Positions 1 through 6,934 of a stretch of DNA of 13,916 nt are shown here, in pieces. Under the pieces are notes generated by a model that saw nothing but the letters and a program-made list of their open reading frames with translations, was not told the origin of the DNA and made no database searches. The stretch lies in NCBI GenBank assembly GCA_043803745.1, contig JAZDJS010000024.1, positions 1 through 13,916 on the forward strand, given 5' to 3'. Each line of letters begins with the position of its first letter. The stretch's first letter is position 1. This DNA is from an archaeon. Lineage in GTDB: Archaea; SpSt-1190; DYHY01. A program made the translations under genes and the position numbers.

Positions 1-73
1 GTCCGAGGCGCACGAAGTGGGCCGGGTGGCCGAACATCAGTGAGGTCCGAGGCGCACGAAGTGGGCCGGGTGG
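1..73. repeat. 29-bp exact direct repeat (1-29 and 45-73, period 44 bp) including the last 12 nt of tRNA-Lys
   Basis: GTCCGAGGCGCACGAAGTGGGCCGGGTGG occurs at 1-29 and 45-73. Positions 62-73 are the tRNA 3' end. The first copy is cut by the window edge. Confidence 0.9.
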
Positions 74-136
74 GATTCGAACCCACGACCTAAAGATTAA
101 GAGTCTTCCGCTCTGACCATGCTGAGCTACCGGCCC
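62..136 (-). tRNA. tRNA-Lys(CTT), intronless, CCA not encoded
   Basis: The reverse complement folds into a cloverleaf: acceptor GGGCCGG/CCGGCCC plus discriminator A, D stem GCTC/GAGC, anticodon arm GAAGA-CTCTTAA-TCTTT (anticodon CTT), T arm GTGGG-TTCGAAT-CCCAC. Confidence 0.97.
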
Positions 137-149
137 GAAGAAGGAGAAC

Positions 150-335
150 TCACCTTTTCTGCTTGCTCTTGATTCCCTTGTTCTGCCAGGAATATCTCCT
201 GATTTTCGCGCTCTTGCCGAAACTGCAGGAAGAGCAGACCTTCTTCCTCTTGTGATAGGTTGCCTTTCCGCATCTGCGGCAGCGCAGGTGGAGCGTCTTC
301 TGCCGGCGCCCCATGCTCGGTGTTCCTTTACTCAT
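150..335 (-). CDS. rpl37e: 50S ribosomal protein L37e
   Basis: [14 protein letters not shown]-terminus, CRRC...CSSC zinc ribbon and RRYSW. It lies downstream of LSm, the usual archaeal arrangement. Confidence 0.97.
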   Translation of the reverse strand: MSKGTPSMGRRQKTLHLRCRRCGKATYHKRKKVCSSCSFGKSAKIRRYSWQNKGIKSKQKR

Positions 336-345
336 TTTTATCCAA

Positions 346-585
346 TCACTCCTCCGGCGATATTATGGTTATGTTGTCGCCCCGTATTATCACGCGGCCG
401 AGCTTCCTTTTCAGCTGGCCGTCCTTCATTTCGGAAGCGTCGTCAAGGACCGTGTTTATGTGGATGTCAAAAGTCCTGAGAGTCCCGACGAAGGTTGTTT
501 CGTCCTTCAGCTCAACGAAAACCTTCTTTCCGCGCGCCTCGCTAAGCGCGTCAAGAGGCCTCTCAAGCGTTTCGCCGTTCGCCAT
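346..585 (-). CDS. LSm/Sm-like archaeal protein (SmAP1 type)
   Basis: RPLDAL, Sm1 motif [17 protein letters not shown] and Sm2 motif IIRGDNI. Adjacent to rpl37e. Confidence 0.95.
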   Translation of the reverse strand: MANGETLERPLDALSEARGKKVFVELKDETTFVGTLRTFDIHINTVLDDASEMKDGQLKRKLGRVIIRGDNITIISPEE

Positions 586-675
586 TGGTTGGCTCCGGAA
601 AAAGCGTTTTATAAGCGTTTCCGAAAGGGCGGCGAACTGTTATCTTTAAAAACAGGGTTTCGGGCACATCCGGCA
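586..675. promoter_or_regulatory. Divergent promoter region for lsm and rps8e
   Basis: TTATAAAA on the - strand (614-607) is 21 nt from the lsm ATG. TTTAAAAA on the + strand (645-652) is 23 nt from the rps8e ATG. Confidence 0.65.
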
Positions 676-1062
676 ATGGCACAGTATCATGCGAAGAGCC
701 TAATCAAGCCCACTACGGGCAGGAGAAGGCCCGCACACAAGAAGAAAAAGTACGAAATCGGCGGCAACTGGATTGAGACGAAAATCGGCAAGAACCATGC
801 CGCGACCATAAGGACGCGGGGCGGGAAAATCAAGAAAAACCTCCTCCGGGCGGAATTCGCGAACGTCAGGGATGCCACGGGGAAAATCGTCAAGACGAAG
901 ATAACTGGAGTCCTCGAGCACTCGGACAACCCGCACTATGTCCGGCGCATCATAATAACGAAGGGCTGTGTCGTCTCAACGGAGCTCGGGCGCGTCAAGG
1001 TAACGAGCCGGCCGGGACAGGCAGGCGTTGTAAACGGGATTCTGCTCGCAGCACCCCAGTAA
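676..1062 (+). CDS. rps8e: 30S ribosomal protein S8e
   Basis: C-terminal 128 aa of ORF 313..1062, starting at ATG 676 (MAQYH). Contains KKKKYEIG, IRTRGG, NPHYVRR, IITKG and VTSRPGQAGVVNGIL. Confidence 0.96.
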   Translation: MAQYHAKSLIKPTTGRRRPAHKKKKYEIGGNWIETKIGKNHAATIRTRGGKIKKNLLRAEFANVRDATGKIVKTKITGVLEHSDNPHYVRRIIITKGCVVSTELGRVKVTSRPGQAGVVNGILLAAPQ

Positions 1063-1070
1063 TATTCACA

Positions 1071-1331
1071 TTGGAACCGACTGAACGCAAGGCGGAAGCT
1101 CTCCTTGCGGAAGGCAAGGTAAGGAAGGGAGCAACCGGGGGGAGGGCGATTTATTTTTCGGTTGAGGGCTCGACCGAGACGCATCAGGTCTCCTTTGCTC
1201 CGGCAAGGGCGAAATGGAATTGCGACTGCAAATATTCCTCGGTGCATCCCGGGCGGGAATGCAGCCACATAATCGCGTGCAGGAAACTCCTTGCTTCGGG
1301 GAACGTTCCCTCAAGGGGGGAGCCTGAATGA
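1071..1331 (+). CDS. Small SWIM zinc-finger protein
   Basis: WNCDC...ECSHIIAC fits the SWIM CxC-xn-CxH motif, preceded by the typical beta-strand region (YFSVEGSTETHQV). TTG start 8 nt after the rps8e stop. Confidence 0.8.
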   Translation: MEPTERKAEALLAEGKVRKGATGGRAIYFSVEGSTETHQVSFAPARAKWNCDCKYSSVHPGRECSHIIACRKLLASGNVPSRGEPE

Positions 1332-1919
1332 AAGCCCCGATTTCCCGAAACCTTTGCCGAGGTATTTCTCCGCAAAGTCGCGCTTTCTTCCGCCCGCAAG
1401 AGCATTTTTCTTCCCACTGACAATCGAGAAGATTTTCCCGGCAACGGCAGCAGGAGTCTTCCCGGTCGTGTCGATTTCAATTGTGGCGCCCCTGCCGAAC
1501 CTTTGCTCTGTTTCTATCGATGCCGCGTCAAGGATTTCCGCAAGGATGTTTTCGGCGCGTTTCTTCTCCGGGTATTTCCTTCCGATAAGCCGCCTGTCAA
1601 GGACCTTCGGCTCGCATCTCAGGACGAAGACGAAATCCGGCTTTTCCGCGACAACGAGATGGGAATAGTGGCTCTCGAGAATGTTTCCCTTGCGCAGGAA
1701 GCCCTCCTTCCGGAGGAATTTCTTTGTTTTCTCAAGGTCGACTATCACGGATTTCCTTTCCCGGTCATATCCCGAGGAAAGCTTCCGGCGGTTCTTCCTG
1801 ACGAGCCTGCTTATGTCGATATGTTCGTGCCCGGGCTTTAGGAGAGCGGCAAGAGCCTCGGCAACGGAAGTTTTTCCCGTCCCGACGGAGCCGGTTATTA
1901 CAATAAGGAACTTCTTCAT
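1311..1919 (-). CDS. Fap7/AK6 (hCINAP)-type adenylate/NMP kinase
   Basis: Walker A ITGSVGTGKT, ILESHYSHL, and LRCEPKVLDRRL..RKY.EKK..ENILAEIL. ATGA overlap with the upstream protease gene. Confidence 0.88.
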   Translation of the reverse strand: MKKFLIVITGSVGTGKTSVAEALAALLKPGHEHIDISRLVRKNRRKLSSGYDRERKSVIVDLEKTKKFLRKEGFLRKGNILESHYSHLVVAEKPDFVFVLRCEPKVLDRRLIGRKYPEKKRAENILAEILDAASIETEQRFGRGATIEIDTTGKTPAAVAGKIFSIVSGKKNALAGGRKRDFAEKYLGKGFGKSGLSFRLPP

Positions 1920-3691
1920 TTCCTTCCCCCGCCCTTCTTCCCTCTTCGAGCTTCCCTCAAAGTCTTCCGCGACAGGATGACTGAATAGGCTGAAAGCAGG
2001 AGGGCTGCGAGCGATGCGGCAACAGGGAAAACGACAAGGAACTTGTCAATCCAGGACGGCGCGCCCGATTGGAATACCTCAGATTTTTCAAGAGCCGAAG
2101 GGAAGCTGAGGAACGCGGTCTCGACCCCAAAGGCCCGGAGGGAGAGGAAGAGCGCGCTCCTCGCATCGCTTTTCGAATTCAGGAGGCTTGCCCTGTGCAT
2201 GAGATAGTCGGAATGCTTCGAATAGCTGAGCGCCCAGGGGTTCCTGCTTGAGCCGGCTATCGAAAGGTTCCCCGCCTTTTCAGCAATCTCCTGGACCGTT
2301 CCCGAGAAGCTTTCTGATTCCGCATGCGCAATCGCATCCTCGGAATCAAGGATTGACGCAAGGGGCAGGCCCGCCTCCAGGGAAAGCGCGGCAAAGGAGA
2401 GGGCCCGCTCCGCAAGATAGGTGTCAGCTCCCGAGGATTTCGCAAGGGCGACAGTCCGGTATGCTTCCACAATCCTGACTCCCGCCTTTTCCTCAATTGA
2501 ATTGCGCGCTATCTCAGTCCCCCCCTTTTCCGGAAGGTTCCCGAGGATGTCCTCCGCAGCGGAAATCCACTCTATTGCTGATGAGACTGCCGCAAGCTCA
2601 TCTCCAGAGTCCCCATAGTAGGCAACAGCCCAGGAATATCTCTGCAATCCCGCGCCAAGGGGAGCCATCTGGGAAATGGAATATTCGGCGGAGGAGTTCA
2701 GCTCCGAAACGAGCTTACCTACCCGCTCATTCAGGGTCTCGAAATCCCGTTTGCTTTCCTCAAGCGAGCTTGACTCGATCCTTGCCTCGGTTGCCGCGAG
2801 GAAGGCCTCGTTCGCGGCAGTGTAGAAATAGTTCATTTCAAGGAGCGTCTCAGCGTTCGCGACCTTCTCGGCAAGCGCGGTGTTGTTCGTCCGAGCAACA
2901 AGGGCCCGCGCCCGCGCAAGGCCGTTTCCCGCAATAGTCCGCATCCCGGATTCCTCAGGAAGCTCGATTTTCTCCAAGAGGGGGATTTCCTCAAGTTTAG
3001 TTTCCGGAAGCCGCTTGGCGAAAGTTTCCCCGAAGAAAATCGGAAGCGCCTCGTTTATGCTTGAGATTTCCAGGACCCGGAGCCCGAGCTTTTCCCGCCC
3101 GTATGTTACGACATCGGTTGTTGTTGTCTTGCTCTCGGAAATTATTATCCCGTCAGGCTCAACTTTTTCAGTGTTTGATTCCTCCGTCTGGAGCCGGGTT
3201 CCCCTCGGTATCAGGAACGTTTTCGTTCCGGAGGAGGCCGCTGCCCGCGCCTTTTGGAGGATTCCTCCGACTGAGCCGATTCCTCCGTCGGATTCTATCG
3301 TCCCGGTTATTGCAACGCTTCCGTTCAGGGGAATTTCCGAGAAGGCCGAAATTATCGCAACAACCATTGCGGCGCCGGCCGAGGGACCATCGACGCTCGC
3401 GGCGTTCTGCGACCTTATCGTGAATATGAGGTCTGTATCGGAAAAGTCCTCTTCAAGGATTTTCTCGGTAACTTCCCGCGCGATCCGCTCGGAATTTTGG
3501 GTGTCGAGCCCGATGAGCGGTTCTGTCGAGACGAGGGTTCTGCCCCGCCCCGGGAGCGCTTCGACCTCAATTGTCGTGAGAACCCCTGACCCGTTCCCCG
3601 CGACGGCCGGAGCCATGATTGTCGCGTTCCCGGCGAGGACCGAGCTAACGGTCAGGATGAGGAGCAGGAGGAGAGCCGCGAGTGTCCGCAA
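1916..3691 (-). CDS. Secreted, membrane-anchored Lon-like (peptidase S16) Ser-Lys protease without AAA+ domain
   Basis: VDGPSAG catalytic Ser with Lys exactly 43 residues later (VGGILQK). N-terminal signal-like hydrophobic stretch, helical middle region, C-terminal TM helix and basic tail. I chose TTG 3691 as start because it sits just before the signal peptide; the ORF extends to 3757. Confidence 0.87.
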   Translation of the reverse strand: MRTLAALLLLLILTVSSVLAGNATIMAPAVAGNGSGVLTTIEVEALPGRGRTLVSTEPLIGLDTQNSERIAREVTEKILEEDFSDTDLIFTIRSQNAASVDGPSAGAAMVVAIISAFSEIPLNGSVAITGTIESDGGIGSVGGILQKARAAASSGTKTFLIPRGTRLQTEESNTEKVEPDGIIISESKTTTTDVVTYGREKLGLRVLEISSINEALPIFFGETFAKRLPETKLEEIPLLEKIELPEESGMRTIAGNGLARARALVARTNNTALAEKVANAETLLEMNYFYTAANEAFLAATEARIESSSLEESKRDFETLNERVGKLVSELNSSAEYSISQMAPLGAGLQRYSWAVAYYGDSGDELAAVSSAIEWISAAEDILGNLPEKGGTEIARNSIEEKAGVRIVEAYRTVALAKSSGADTYLAERALSFAALSLEAGLPLASILDSEDAIAHAESESFSGTVQEIAEKAGNLSIAGSSRNPWALSYSKHSDYLMHRASLLNSKSDARSALFLSLRAFGVETAFLSFPSALEKSEVFQSGAPSWIDKFLVVFPVAASLAALLLSAYSVILSRKTLREARRGKKGGGRK

Positions 3692-4430
3692 GGAATTTCT
3701 GGAGGCAGACCTCGGCAATCCCGGCAAACCCGCCCCATCTTTTTTCAAAGTTCTCAAGGGAAAGCCCCCCGTAATTCTCCCTTAAAATCCTTCTTATCAG
3801 GACGTCGTCGTAAACGGAGGAAAAGTCTCGGAGCGCGAAGAGACTGTAGATGCTTTCCGAATATTTCCCGACTCCAGGGAGTCCTTTCGTCAGGCTCCCG
3901 GAGAATCTTTCCGCGCACCCGAGAATGAACTTCTTCCTGTAGCCGACCCCGCAGGAATCAAGTTTGCTTGGCGCGCGCAAAACATCTCTTTGGCTCGGGA
4001 ACCTCCCGCCATATGCGGAATAGACCGAGTAGACCATTTTCTTGTACTGGTCAAAGCCCGTCATTTGCGAAAGGATTATGCAGAAAAGGGCTTCCCAGTT
4101 TGTCGGGGCTGAGAAAAGCCGCAAGCCGCGGATTTCTCCGGAGAAGCCGGAAAGGACCTGGTCCCTGTCGGCAAGTTCGTAGAACTCCGAGAGGTCGTCG
4201 TTTATCCCGAGGCAGCGGGACACAAGGGTTTTCACTTCCCCGGCAATTCCGCTTGGCGCCCCCTCAACCGAAACCGATTTCCCCTTCTGCGAAATCCTGC
4301 AGAGCGCCCGCCCGCCGGAAACCTCTAGAATCCGCGACATCCCGCCGCCGATTTCGAAGAGGAACGGCCTGTTCCTGAGGTTTTTGCCGAGGTCGAAATC
4401 CCCCCGGACCCTTATTTTCAGCCCCGCCAC
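3645..4430 (-). CDS. HhH-GPD DNA glycosylase, AlkA-like
   Basis: GLRL..PTNWEALFCIILSQ, FPS, GVGYRKKFI, HhH motif LPGVG, catalytic Asp region VYDDVLIRRIL and RWGGFAG. GTG start. Confidence 0.85.
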   Translation of the reverse strand: MAGLKIRVRGDFDLGKNLRNRPFLFEIGGGMSRILEVSGGRALCRISQKGKSVSVEGAPSGIAGEVKTLVSRCLGINDDLSEFYELADRDQVLSGFSGEIRGLRLFSAPTNWEALFCIILSQMTGFDQYKKMVYSVYSAYGGRFPSQRDVLRAPSKLDSCGVGYRKKFILGCAERFSGSLTKGLPGVGKYSESIYSLFALRDFSSVYDDVLIRRILRENYGGLSLENFEKRWGGFAGIAEVCLQKFLADTRGSPPAPHPDR

Positions 4431-4454
4431 TCTCCGGACAGTGGAGCAAAACCC

Positions 4455-4464
4455 TTATTAATAA
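4455..4464. promoter_or_regulatory. Palindromic TATA element TTATTAATAA between divergent genes
   Basis: Perfect 10-bp palindrome, 24 nt from GTG 4430 (-) and 21 nt from ATG 4486 (+). Confidence 0.6.
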
Positions 4465-4485
4465 ATGGCGGCTACCGGAACCAAC

Positions 4486-4998
4486 ATGGTTGTAGACTTG
4501 GCGACTTTTCTTGTCGGACTCGGGCTTGCGTTCGGGCAGCTTTTTTTCGGGCTCGTCCTTTCCCTCGCATCGGTTTACATCGGGCTGAAGGCGTTCGACA
4601 GGATGACTGTCGGGATTGACGAGATGAAGGAACTGAAGAGGGGGAACGTCGCGGTCGGGATACTGATGATGGCGGTGATTTTCTCAATTGCGACGGTTGT
4701 GCAGTCAGGAGTTTCCGGGCTTGCGGCAGCAGTATCCGGGAAAACCCTTGCCCAGCTTCCGATGGCAGTTGCAATAGGAATCCTCCAGCTTCTGATAGGG
4801 CTTGGCGCCGCGGTTGTCTCAGTCTATCTTTGCATCCGAGTTCTTGACATAATAACGGTCGAGATTGACGAGATGAAGGAACTTAAGAAAGGGAACGTCG
4901 CGGTTGCAATAATGATGGGGGGCATCCTGATATCGGTTGCCTTCGTTGTCCAGGCGGGGATTTCCGGAATCTCGACGGTTCTGGGAAGCCTGATTTGA
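4486..4998 (+). CDS. Membrane protein with two tandem DUF350 domains
   Basis: Hydrophobic protein with the repeated motif IDEMKELK(R/K)GNVAV, 83 aa apart. ATG 4486 is preferred over 4465, which abuts the TATA box. Confidence 0.85.
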   Translation: MVVDLATFLVGLGLAFGQLFFGLVLSLASVYIGLKAFDRMTVGIDEMKELKRGNVAVGILMMAVIFSIATVVQSGVSGLAAAVSGKTLAQLPMAVAIGILQLLIGLGAAVVSVYLCIRVLDIITVEIDEMKELKKGNVAVAIMMGGILISVAFVVQAGISGISTVLGSLI

Positions 4999-5050
4999 GT
5001 TGGGGAAAGCCAGAGTGTTGGAGCCCAGAAAAAGGCCGAATCTCTTTTGA

Positions 5051-5102
5051 GACCACTGAAGAATAGCAATATTTATAAGGAAAAGTACGGCATTGCTTTC
5101 CA
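5051..5102 (+). promoter_or_regulatory. Promoter with a degenerate copy of the orphan-gene upstream motif
   Basis: GACCACT (5051-5057) is 52 nt before the ATG. TTTATAAG at 5072-5079 is 23 nt before ATG 5103. Confidence 0.55.
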
Positions 5103-5957
5103 ATGGCAAAGAAAGACGAAGTAAAGATAGTAAATGTTTCGCTGTTCGAGCCCGATTCAAAAGGCAACAGGCGTGCGCTGAGCGGAGCTGCGAAAGACGC
5201 ATTTGCTGGAGAGAACGTCCTAATTGTATTTTACAAGGGGAGCAGGGATTCCTATGGCTTTGGAGAACCTGCCTTGGGAAACCCGGAAGCGGTTATCGAG
5301 CTTTCCCAAGCATTCGTGGACACTGACAGCCGGATCCACATAAACGGTTTTGTTCTTGACGGAATTCCAAGCGATTTGCCGAAAAGATACGACCTGAAGC
5401 AAGCTGAACTTGATCGGGCTGCGAGAGTTCAGAAGGGATATTCGCTGCTAGAGAAGATTTTCAAGGGAACTACGGAACCCGTTTTTGTAGATTCCACCGG
5501 AACCAAACTAACTGAATTGGCGCCCGGAACCGACATTGCAGACGGCACCCTTGATACGGTAGGCCAGCTTGCCTATCAGCTTGGAAGCCAGTTTCCCAAA
5601 GGAAACCAAGCCCAACTGCACGTTTCCGCGGAAATGCGCAGGGACTGGCAAGGCGAGTCAGACGTTCTTGTAAAACCTCAAAACGACTATTTTCTCGTAA
5701 CGACGAGGGGCCCGGCAACGATTAATTTTTCGCGTGCAAACCCTTATATGATAGAGAAAAGCGTGCCGATTTCCCCAAGAATCCTGAACGTCTGCGTGGA
5801 AGACATCCCTGCTCCAAGCGTTGAACCGAACGCGCCCAAGTTCCTATTGAAAATTCCTGGACTTGGCGGATACATCCAAGGAAGTGCAAACGAAAAAGCG
5901 GACAAGAAGATAGTTGCAGAACTTGTCAGGGACCTCGGATATGCACTCGCGGTCTGA
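5103..5957 (+). CDS. Hypothetical protein, 284 aa; N-terminal half possibly a thioredoxin-like fold without catalytic Cys
   Basis: Long ORF with its own TATA box and visibly more A-rich than neighbours. Weak AhpC/TSA-like segments were seen by eye. Confidence 0.8.
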   Translation: MAKKDEVKIVNVSLFEPDSKGNRRALSGAAKDAFAGENVLIVFYKGSRDSYGFGEPALGNPEAVIELSQAFVDTDSRIHINGFVLDGIPSDLPKRYDLKQAELDRAARVQKGYSLLEKIFKGTTEPVFVDSTGTKLTELAPGTDIADGTLDTVGQLAYQLGSQFPKGNQAQLHVSAEMRRDWQGESDVLVKPQNDYFLVTTRGPATINFSRANPYMIEKSVPISPRILNVCVEDIPAPSVEPNAPKFLLKIPGLGGYIQGSANEKADKKIVAELVRDLGYALAV

Positions 5958-5975
5958 CCGGGAGTTCAGGACAGC

Positions 5976-6617
5976 CTAAGGAATCTTGCTTACTGAAGCG
6001 ATTATCCCGTCTTCCAAGATTGTCTTAATCCTGTCCTTTGTGGTTGGGCCGCCGTGCCCGGGGAAAAGCTGGTTGAACCTCTTCACTGAGAGAAGCCGGA
6101 GGGATTTCTGGAGAGCTTCCCGGTCCCCGGTCGGGAAATCGAACCTTCCGACGGAATCGGCAAAGACAGTGTCCCCGGAAAAGAGCGCGCCGTTGGATGC
6201 AAGGATGCAGATGGAGCCTGCGGTGTGGCCAGGAGTGTGGATTATCGTGAGCGAGCCGTTCCTCGTTTCAATAACGTCCCCGTCCTTCAGATGCTTGTCA
6301 ATCTTCGGCAGGATTTCGACCTTCGCCATCGAGGCAAGGGTAACCCGGTCGTTCATTTCCTCGATCTGCCGCGCGTCAGCTGCATGCATGCAAATCTTCG
6401 CCTCCGTGAAGAATTCATTGCAAAGCAGGTGGTCATAGTGGCAGTGCGTGTTTATCACAAGGGTGACCATTTCCGGATAAATCCCGAGCCGTTTCAGCAC
6501 GCCTATCAGCCTCTCGTCGCACCCGGAATCAATCAGGATTGTCCTCTTCTCGTCAAGGACCAGGTAGCAGTTCGAGGAAATGCTTTTGCTCGGGAGGGGG
6601 ATTACTTCGAACGGCAT
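5976..6617 (-). CDS. MBL-fold metallo-hydrolase (glyoxalase II-like)
   Basis: SNCYLV, LIDSG, THCHYDH, HTPGHTAGS, LFSGDTVF, GRFDFPTGD and PGHG. ATG 6617 is preferred over 6641. Confidence 0.92.
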   Translation of the reverse strand: MPFEVIPLPSKSISSNCYLVLDEKRTILIDSGCDERLIGVLKRLGIYPEMVTLVINTHCHYDHLLCNEFFTEAKICMHAADARQIEEMNDRVTLASMAKVEILPKIDKHLKDGDVIETRNGSLTIIHTPGHTAGSICILASNGALFSGDTVFADSVGRFDFPTGDREALQKSLRLLSVKRFNQLFPGHGGPTTKDRIKTILEDGIIASVSKIP

Positions 6618-6621
6618 GCTC

Positions 6622-6897
6622 TTAGTCCGCCTCCTTTGCAATCTGCCTTCTCGCCCATTCGATCACCTTCCCCGGGTCAACCGAAGGATTCTGCGCCATC
6701 TCAATGCATTCAAGCTCAAGGGAATTCAGGATTCCGAGGATGTTCCGATTCTTGATAGAAAAATTCACGTTGAAAAGGGATTTGCCGGCTCCCGGCTCCC
6801 GCCATTTTTTCCTTTCCTCGGCGAAGAACTCGGAAACCTTCTTCCGGCTTTCAGCAATTTTCTTCGCCTCGTCAAAGCCTTCAGTATCGGAAGCCAT
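6622..6897 (-). CDS. Hypothetical charged helical protein (~91 aa)
   Basis: The ORF fills the gap between tctA and the MBL gene. ATG 6897 lies 20 nt from a TATA-like ATTAATAC (6925-6918). Confidence 0.6.
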   Translation of the reverse strand: MASDTEGFDEAKKIAESRKKVSEFFAEERKKWREPGAGKSLFNVNFSIKNRNILGILNSLELECIEMAQNPSVDPGKVIEWARRQIAKEAD

Positions 6898-6934
6898 TCC
6901 GGTCCTGCGCGCTTCCGGTATTAATGTCTTGTTC

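Noticed and set aside
1-73. Possible CRISPR array edge (29-bp repeat)
   Set aside because: The spacer is only 15 nt, the repeat includes the tRNA 3' end, and no cas genes are present.
313-675. N-terminal 121-codon extension of the ORF containing rps8e
   Set aside because: It is antisense to rpl37e/lsm and crosses the promoter. S8e similarity and TATA spacing indicate ATG 676.
2880-3785. 301-aa + strand ORF
   Set aside because: Antisense shadow of the Lon-like protease, with no motifs.
5041-5052. TCTC-TTTT-GAGA mini-hairpin as a terminator
   Set aside because: A 4-bp stem and short T tract are too weak to call.
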